IMG/VR virus record: IMGVR_UViG_3300031993_000018
Span: 89,614 to 153,613 of that record
Source: a virus
Lineage: Duplodnaviria > Heunggongvirae > Uroviricota > Caudoviricetes
DNA: 64,000 bases
Strand: one strand, 5' to 3'
Shown here: in pieces, positions 58,458 to 64,000 of the stretch
Numbering within the stretch: position 1 is the stretch's first letter
Layout: each line of letters starts with the position of its first letter
Made by a program: the position numbers and the translations under genes
Notes under the pieces: model-generated
The model's database searches: none
Told to the model about the DNA's origin: nothing
The model's input: the letters and a program-made list of their open reading frames with translations, nothing else

Positions 58458-58892
58458 ATGAGTATTTGGGATGATATGCTTGATAAGGGTGTCGGTGAAA
58501 AGGAGGCTCTGGAAGACAGGGCTCAGTTCAGGGATGACATCACTCCTGAAGATTTGAATGAGATGCTCCTTTCCGGAATTGTCCGTTTCCAATACAGAAA
58601 GAAGGCAAAGAAAGGTCAGCCGGAGGACAGTGGTGAGGTCAGGACTGCCTGGGGTACCAGGAAGTCAGAAGTGATCACCAAGATTCCTCACGGTGGTGAA
58701 TGTCCCCCCAAGAAAGTCGGTTATTCTCTCTACTTTGATATGGAGAAATCCGATTGGAGGGTGTTCTGGTCAGGAAGACTGATTGGAGTATGGGACAAAG
58801 TTTACACTGAACCTGAATTCACCAGGCTGTATGCCAAACTGAAGGCAGAAGAGGCCAAGGAGAAAAAGGAAGAGGTGATACCTGAAGAATAA
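58458..58892 (+). CDS. MSIWGDMLD-leader family member 5 (leader fused to the 55501-type domain)
   Basis: MSIWDDMLDKGVGEKEALED..., then a domain homologous to 55501..55755, then a K/E-rich tail. Confidence 0.6.
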   Translation: MSIWDDMLDKGVGEKEALEDRAQFRDDITPEDLNEMLLSGIVRFQYRKKAKKGQPEDSGEVRTAWGTRKSEVITKIPHGGECPPKKVGYSLYFDMEKSDWRVFWSGRLIGVWDKVYTEPEFTRLYAKLKAEEAKEKKEEVIPEE

Positions 58893-58945
58893 AAGGATTT
58901 TCAGAATCCATAACATCGATGTTTAACCTTTTAAATTGAATTGTA

Positions 58946-59182
58946 ATGAAGCACAAGACAGTTCGTACAATCCTGCTTGATTTTGTTGAGGCAAATGGTC
59001 CGCAGAGTTGGAACACACTGCACAGAGAGGTACTTGTAGTTTCAGGTCAGCCCCTGACACGAAACGAGTACGGAAGCTCATACCTTGATCAGGTTTCTGA
59101 GTCATCAGTGTGCAGACCTACCCGTCGTGAGAGTCGTTATCTCCAGAAGAGAGCAGACGGTCTCTACCACCTGGTAAAGTAA
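58946..59182 (+). CDS. Hypothetical protein
   Basis: 78 aa ORF followed by a terminator/TTTTGTTATATTTAA cassette. Confidence 0.35.
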   Translation: MKHKTVRTILLDFVEANGPQSWNTLHREVLVVSGQPLTRNEYGSSYLDQVSESSVCRPTRRESRYLQKRADGLYHLVK

Positions 59183-59271
59183 TCAGGAAAGAGATGAAAA
59201 AATTGACCTCCGGGATGAATTTCCTGGAGGTTTTTTGTTATATTTAATGTGATAATAATAAAGTATTTAGT

Positions 59272-59883
59272 ATGGATAAACTTAGTTATGCATTAGGTGT
59301 CAGCGTTGGTCAGAACCTGATAACACAGTTCGGAATCAAGGATTTGAATTTCGAGGAATTCACAGAGGGATTGAAAGTAATGTTCGGTAAGGTAGAAAAC
59401 AAGATGTCTATTGATGACATCAACAATACCATAAATGAACACATAAAGAAGATCCATGATGAGAAGAAAAAAGAACAGAAGAAGATCAATGAGAATAACC
59501 TGAAGGAAGGAAAGGCATATCTTACAGAGAATGCCGAGAAGGATGATGTTACTACAACCAAGTCAGGACTCCAGATGAAGGTACTTAAGGCAGGACCTGG
59601 ATACATCTCTCCGGGACCACATTCAAGAGTAAGAGTCCACTATGAAGGCAAACTCATTGATGGAACAGTGTTTGATTCATCATACCAGAGAGGTGAACCT
59701 GTTGAGTTTGGCCTGGATCAGGTGATTCCTGGTTGGACAGAAGGTGTACAACTGATGAAGGAGGGAGATGTATTTGAATTCACCATCCCATCTGAATTGG
59801 GTTATGGTGAGGTAGGAGTTCCAGGTCATATTCCTGGTAATAGTGTCCTGATCTTCAAGGTGGAACTTATAAAGATATTGTAA
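59272..59883 (+). CDS. FKBP-type peptidyl-prolyl cis-trans isomerase
   Basis: GLQMKVLKAGPG...VHYEGKLIDGTVFDSSYQRGEPVEFGLDQVIPGWTEGVQLMKEGDVFEFTIPSELGYGEVGVPGHIPGNSVLIFKVELIKI is a canonical FKBP domain. Confidence 0.75.
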   Translation: MDKLSYALGVSVGQNLITQFGIKDLNFEEFTEGLKVMFGKVENKMSIDDINNTINEHIKKIHDEKKKEQKKINENNLKEGKAYLTENAEKDDVTTTKSGLQMKVLKAGPGYISPGPHSRVRVHYEGKLIDGTVFDSSYQRGEPVEFGLDQVIPGWTEGVQLMKEGDVFEFTIPSELGYGEVGVPGHIPGNSVLIFKVELIKIL

Positions 59884-59884
59884 T

Positions 59885-60343
59885 ATGGGAATGACATTAT
59901 TTTATCCAGGGACTTTTGATCCCTTTACAACAGGACATGCCAACATTGTCCAGAGAGCAGTTAATATGGGTTTCAATGTTGTCATAGGTATTGGCAAGAA
60001 TTCGGGCAAGACTCCAATGTTCAGTCCTGAACAGAGACTGGAGGCAATCTCAAGTTATTATGCAGGAAATCCCAATGTGAAGGTTGTGGAATATGACGGT
60101 CTTACTGCGGATGCGGCAGCGAAACTTGCAGACGGTATATTGAGAGGTATCAGGAACGGTACCGACTTTGACTATGAGAACACAATCGCCCATGTGAACA
60201 GACAGGTGAACAGGATAGAGACTGTTTTCCTCCCTGCAATCGAAGGATACTTCTTTGTCAGCAGCACTCTTGTCAAGGAACTGTACAGAAATGGGGAGGA
60301 TGTTTCAAATTATATCATAGACACTTTCAAACCTTATCTGTAA
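59885..60343 (+). CDS. coaD: Phosphopantetheine adenylyltransferase (CoaD/PPAT), copy 2
   Basis: YPGTFDPFTTGHANIV, ILRGIRNGTDFDYE, FVSSTLVKEL. About 55-60 % identical to copy 1. Confidence 0.75.
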   Translation: MGMTLFYPGTFDPFTTGHANIVQRAVNMGFNVVIGIGKNSGKTPMFSPEQRLEAISSYYAGNPNVKVVEYDGLTADAAAKLADGILRGIRNGTDFDYENTIAHVNRQVNRIETVFLPAIEGYFFVSSTLVKELYRNGEDVSNYIIDTFKPYL

Positions 60344-60476
60344 ATGAAACTGGCGGAATATTTACTGACAAAGAATTTTTGTCATATAAGATGTAATCCG
60401 GAAGATGGGTGTTTCTCAAACTGTCCTCATTACAAGATGTTGATAGGTAGATATGGAGATGGGGAAGTTATCAAAT
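60342..60476 (+). CDS. Possible tiny Cys-rich protein (44 aa)
   Basis: Hand translation gives MKLAEYLLTKNFCHIRCNPEDGCFSNCPHYKMLIGRYGDGEVIK; the ATG overlaps the coaD2 stop (TAAATG). Confidence 0.25.
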
Positions 60477-60856
60477 AATGTTGAGGTGGATTATAGAGTC
60501 CCCCATATATTACTGTGGAGGTTGTACACCGGAGGAGGTTACCTGTGCGGGATGTGCCATAATGAAGATCCTGAAGGCAATGTTTCTGGACATATTCCAG
60601 GAAACAGTGTCCTGATTCTCAAGTTACAATTGTCCAATTTTGTCCGATTCCCATTGCAAATCACTCATCACCAGATGTTTAGATCAATTCCCAATAATGA
60701 GTGGTTGTCTGATAATCGGACAAAGTATCCGGACATAAATCAAGTCAGTGTGTCTAAATTCTCAATACCAAAATGAGTATTTAGACACATTTTTCTTGCG
60801 GTGACGGACTGCGAAAAGAAAATATTGAAAATATTTTCAAAAAAGTTCCCAAAATA

Positions 60857-60888
60857 TTTGGTGGTTTAAAATAAAACCGTTATCTTTG
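60857..60888 (+). promoter_or_regulatory. Sigma-AB type promoter, extended conserved form
   Basis: aaaatatTTGgtggtttaaaataaaaccgtTATCTTTGtatcagaaagg. Confidence 0.5.
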
Positions 60889-60920
60889 TATCAGAAAGGA
60901 ACAATAAAGACATAACAATT

Positions 60921-61151
60921 ATGGAGATCAACTATAACGAGACAAAGGCCAATGCAGTATATGAGGTAAAGACAATGATGACTGTATATCTCGGATGGAC
61001 ATCAAAGGAGGTGCCTGTAGAGTTCAGAATTCTGGAAATGCCTTGGGATAAGGGCAAGACACCCGAGCAGTTGGTCAAGGATATAGAGAGATCTGCCAGT
61101 GTTGAGTTCAGTATGAAGAAGAAACACCTCAGTATTGAGAAAATATCTTAA
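60921..61151 (+). CDS. Hypothetical protein
   Basis: 76 aa ORF. Confidence 0.4.
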   Translation: MEINYNETKANAVYEVKTMMTVYLGWTSKEVPVEFRILEMPWDKGKTPEQLVKDIERSASVEFSMKKKHLSIEKIS

Positions 61152-61168
61152 CTTAAAACAATAATGAT

Positions 61169-61567
61169 ATGAAAGAATTTTGGAATTTTATTGTTGAGGC
61201 ATATAATGCCAACACTTCAAATAAAGTAGCAATGATATTTGTACTGGTCATATTAATCGGTCTGATATTGTTCTGGATCCGTGATGCAAAACTCAACAAG
61301 GAGTTACAAAGGGAGGCAAACAAGTACCTGGAAGACAACCAGAAGAGAATTTCTGAAATCAGGATAAGGATTATGACCTGTGACAACCTGAAGGACTGGC
61401 CTAATGTCAAGAACTGGGCGATCGCGGCCGCAAACAATATTAGATCTGAGATATTCGACATAGAATACAACTATGGACAGATATATGGAAACCGGATTGT
61501 GAAGGATATAACAAATATGGTTTTCAGAAAGGAGGAGGAACTTATAAGGAAGACATTTAAGGAATAA
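61169..61567 (+). CDS. Hypothetical protein with N-terminal TM anchor
   Basis: VAMIFVLVILIGLILFWI. Confidence 0.4.
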   Translation: MKEFWNFIVEAYNANTSNKVAMIFVLVILIGLILFWIRDAKLNKELQREANKYLEDNQKRISEIRIRIMTCDNLKDWPNVKNWAIAAANNIRSEIFDIEYNYGQIYGNRIVKDITNMVFRKEEELIRKTFKE

Positions 61568-61626
61568 AATAAGTTTCGGATGGCACCCAATGCCGAAGAA
61601 ACAATGTTGTTTTCATGTTGTTATGT

Positions 61627-61680
61627 GTTTTTGGGGTGCCGGACTGTTGTGAAATAATACCGGCACCCATTTTTTTAAAC
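61627..61680 (+). terminator. Strong rho-independent terminator
   Basis: GGGGTGCCGGactgttgtgaaataataCCGGCACCCatttttttaaa: a 9-10 bp GC-rich stem followed by T7. Confidence 0.6.
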
Positions 61681-61693
61681 GAAACAAATAGAA

Positions 61694-62377
61694 ATGAAGA
61701 ATATAGAAGACATAAACACCAAATATCCAAGGACATATCATCTGCCTTGGTCACCCGGAGCCACTTCTGATGACAAGAAGTTGTCCTCAGACTGGTTTGA
61801 TGCAGATGAATGGAAAGGAAAGGAGATTGTGATCACTGAGAAGCTTGACGGTGAGAACACCGCCTTCTGGAATGGTGATGTCTTCAGCAGAAGTCACTCG
61901 GTTCCCACCAGGTCACCCTGGTCAAGAAACCTTTGGGACAAAGATGGACTCCTGTGGGTGATAAAAGACAAGATCTCCCCGGAAGAGATTGTCTATGGTG
62001 AGAACCTTTATGGTGAACACAGCATACACTATGACAGACTTCCGGCGTATTTCTTCGCCTTCGCCTGCCGCAGGGAAAATCAGTGGTGGAGTTGGGATGA
62101 TGTTGTTCTGATGGCGGATATTCTGAATGTACCGACAGTTCCTGTCCTGTGGAGAGGAAGGTTGGAGTCAGAGTCTGAACTGAAGGAGATGATCTCCAGG
62201 TTTATGTCCCAACCATCGGCATTCGGTGATACAAAGGAAGGAGTGGTGATAAGAAAGGTCGAAGGATTTGACAACAAGGACTTCTCCAAGAATGTCGCCA
62301 AGTATGTGAGGGAAAATCATGTCCAGACTGACCAACACTGGACAAAGAACTGGAAAAGAGCAAAGTTAATAGTTTGA
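61694..62377 (+). CDS. ATP-dependent RNA ligase-like nucleotidyltransferase
   Basis: N-terminal KYPRTYHL, motif I KLDGEN, motif IV EGVVIRK, plus downstream Lys residues. Confidence 0.55.
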   Translation: MKNIEDINTKYPRTYHLPWSPGATSDDKKLSSDWFDADEWKGKEIVITEKLDGENTAFWNGDVFSRSHSVPTRSPWSRNLWDKDGLLWVIKDKISPEEIVYGENLYGEHSIHYDRLPAYFFAFACRRENQWWSWDDVVLMADILNVPTVPVLWRGRLESESELKEMISRFMSQPSAFGDTKEGVVIRKVEGFDNKDFSKNVAKYVRENHVQTDQHWTKNWKRAKLIV

Positions 62378-62464
62378 TATAACAAATATGAGAGAGTTGG
62401 TTCCGAGAGAATTGAGAGGTGTTCCTGATGAACACTACAGCGAAGACGATATTGACGATTAGTT

Positions 62465-63250
62465 ATGAACATAAAAGAAGTAATAGAACAGTTTATCAAG
62501 GATTTCACAGTCCCTTACAACACAGAGTTCGCAAAGAGAACTGTGGAGATCTTCACCAATGGCAAAGAAGGTCAGAACCTGGATGACTATTTCGGATGCA
62601 GGTTCATCTTCTACAATGGTGAGAGGAGGATCATCATCAAGGAGAAGGGACACCCGCATGATTTCTATGTGTGTGAGTGGGAAAAGAACAATGAGTACTC
62701 AAATGTCAGTATCAACAATCTCATCTATGATATCCTGGATGCCAAGTATTATGAGAATGCATATAATTGTTTGGATGACAGGTATGAGATAAGTATTGAC
62801 AGAATCAAGGAGATCAATGAGTTCTTCGGAATCAATCTTCCTGTTGAAGACCAGGGTGTGCCGGAGGGAAACAAGATTTGTTTCAGTGGTGACGGTTGGG
62901 ATGACGGTGCCCAGGAATGTCTGGAGGAGAGTGATCTCTTCACTGAACTGAAGGATTCTGTAAAAAAGTATTTCCAGTATGAGTATGCACCTTACAAGAA
63001 ATACAACCCTTACTTCAATCCATTCAGATATGCCAAGGCCAACAAAGACTATGACATGATATTTGAGGAACTGGACAAAGACCAGATTTTCAATGCTCTC
63101 ATCTCCATCCTGGATAAGAAGACCAACAAGGAGAAATTCAAGAAATTCTACTATACACTGAATGACAACTCACAGATCAAGATGTTAGTTGAGGCACTTG
63201 GTCTTGATGAACTGATGGTTATCAGATGTAATACACTTTACAACCTATGA
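62465..63250 (+). CDS. Hypothetical protein
   Basis: 261 aa ORF. Confidence 0.45.
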   Translation: MNIKEVIEQFIKDFTVPYNTEFAKRTVEIFTNGKEGQNLDDYFGCRFIFYNGERRIIIKEKGHPHDFYVCEWEKNNEYSNVSINNLIYDILDAKYYENAYNCLDDRYEISIDRIKEINEFFGINLPVEDQGVPEGNKICFSGDGWDDGAQECLEESDLFTELKDSVKKYFQYEYAPYKKYNPYFNPFRYAKANKDYDMIFEELDKDQIFNALISILDKKTNKEKFKKFYYTLNDNSQIKMLVEALGLDELMVIRCNTLYNL

Positions 63251-63633
63251 GAAAGTTAATGATGTTAATCATCCTGATGTTGGGATTCATCTCCTGCGAC
63301 AAGTTTGGGGACAACAGGGATCTCGTCAATTACATCAGCACAGGTATCTTCCATGATACCTGGGGAACGGTGGACAACCAGTCTTCAATATCCTGGGACA
63401 TTACCCCCATCAGTGCTGATCATGTCAGGAATGACATCACATACCTGAAGGTCTTCATCAACTCCTACTATGTGGAATACAACTACAGTGAGGTGATGAG
63501 TGATGAAGAGTTCATACATTTTATGAAGAATATTGAAAGGAAGGAGAAAACATCAGATATTGTACAGATTAATGACAGTATCAGATGTACCTGGAACCTT
63601 TTCTACAAAGTATATAACACATATATAAAATGA
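63247..63633 (+). CDS. Putative lipoprotein
   Basis: MRKLMMLIILMLGFISCDKF: signal peptide with lipobox. Confidence 0.45.
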   Translation: MRKLMMLIILMLGFISCDKFGDNRDLVNYISTGIFHDTWGTVDNQSSISWDITPISADHVRNDITYLKVFINSYYVEYNYSEVMSDEEFIHFMKNIERKEKTSDIVQINDSIRCTWNLFYKVYNTYIK

Positions 63634-64000
63634 ACAAGCAAGGGGATAACAATAACAGTGTGCTTACCTGGCAGGACATCTGGAATGGACCTTTCCAGAG
63701 TGACCACTATGGTTATGTATGGGGAGCAGATGGTGTTCCGGTGTTCACTGTTGACGACCTGACCGAGGAGAATGACAAGCAGATGCAGGAGTTCTGCCAG
63801 AATATGGTAAAGGCACTGAACGGTGAGGAGTGCAAGAAGTATTCAGGACTCTATGTGACCGACGGTTGCGATTTCTACCAGTATGGAAATCTTATAGGAT
63901 ATTTCAGAGGTTGGGGTCATCTCACCGGAGGACTGAAGATGAAGGAGGATATGGCTGCCCAGTATCAGAATGAGATGATCAAGGCAGTTATGGATAAGAT
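63632..64000 (+). CDS. Hypothetical protein (3' end beyond the window)
   Basis: The ORF opens at ATG 63632 and runs to the window end. Confidence 0.4.

Noticed and set aside
60453-60776. 107-aa ORF downstream of coaD copy 2
   Set aside because: Only ~15 residues (GHIPGNSVLILKLQL) resemble FKBP, the rest is unstructured-looking, and there is no promoter motif. It was reported as a decayed duplication fragment rather than a gene.
41326-60900. Possibility that the repeated ~50-nt conserved intergenic boxes are a CRISPR array or MITE-like mobile repeats
   Set aside because: The copies are tens of kb apart, always 20-60 nt upstream of a gene start, and match the TTTG/TAnnTTTG promoter grammar. 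There are no regularly spaced spacers, no terminal inverted repeats and no target-site duplications.
1-64000. Integrase, transposase, prophage att sites or toxin-antitoxin/defence islands
   Set aside because: No tyrosine or serine recombinase, DDE transposase, HNH/GIY-YIG homing endonuclease or recognisable defence-system signature was found in any frame by motif inspection. The window looks like the interior of a lytic-style phage genome.

Overview
The window reads as one contiguous segment of a large tailed dsDNA phage, almost certainly infecting Bacteroidota. Host assignment rests on many intergenic regions carrying the Bacteroidetes sigma-AB promoter signature, TTTG, then 19-20 nt, then TAnnTTTG. 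Roughly 130 ORFs are packed almost entirely on the + strand, with only two real minus-strand genes (3826..4758 and 40281..40577). Many genes are bracketed by their own promoter and a hairpin plus T-run terminator.

Recognisable content falls into these groups:
- **RNA gene:** a class-II tRNA-Ser(GCU).
- **Nucleotide metabolism:** GMP reductase, thymidine kinase, NUDIX hydrolase, a nucleoside 2-deoxyribosyltransferase-like protein, a P-loop kinase.
- **Cofactor salvage:** PnuC nicotinamide-riboside transporter and two diverged phosphopantetheine adenylyltransferase (CoaD) paralogs.
- **DNA transactions:** Dda/RecD-like SF1B helicase, Dam-class N6-adenine methyltransferase, a possible PD-(D/E)xK nuclease.
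- **RNA end-healing / tRNA repair toolkit:** Thg1-like 3'-5' nucleotidyltransferase, two ATP-dependent RNA-ligase-like nucleotidyltransferases, two HAD phosphatases, an HD phosphohydrolase, two Pol-beta-fold nucleotidyltransferases, a PTH2-like protein.
- **Transcription:** a phage sigma-70 family factor.
- **Envelope, virion and other recognisable proteins:** lytic transglycosylase, an SPFH/band-7 protein with an NfeD-like partner, a tail-fibre/adhesin with Big_2 domains and Thr/Ser-rich tandem repeats, FKBP prolyl isomerase, an M42 peptidase, two ATP-grasp enzymes, a PLC-like phosphodiesterase, an FNT-like channel.

The most unusual feature is a family of six genes that all begin with a near-identical ~20-27 aa N-terminal leader (MSIWGDMLDRGTGEKIKKED...) conserved even at wobble positions. 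Five are tandem and translationally coupled at 34478..35916, and one is distant at 58458..58892. Their C-terminal domains are unrelated to one another, and one of those domains also occurs as a stand-alone gene (55501..55755) without the leader. I read the leader as a modular tag, possibly a virion-packaging/ejection tag or a recombination handle. That interpretation is inference. Several smaller paralog families and many tiny membrane-peptide genes are also present. No CRISPR arrays, integrase or transposases were seen.
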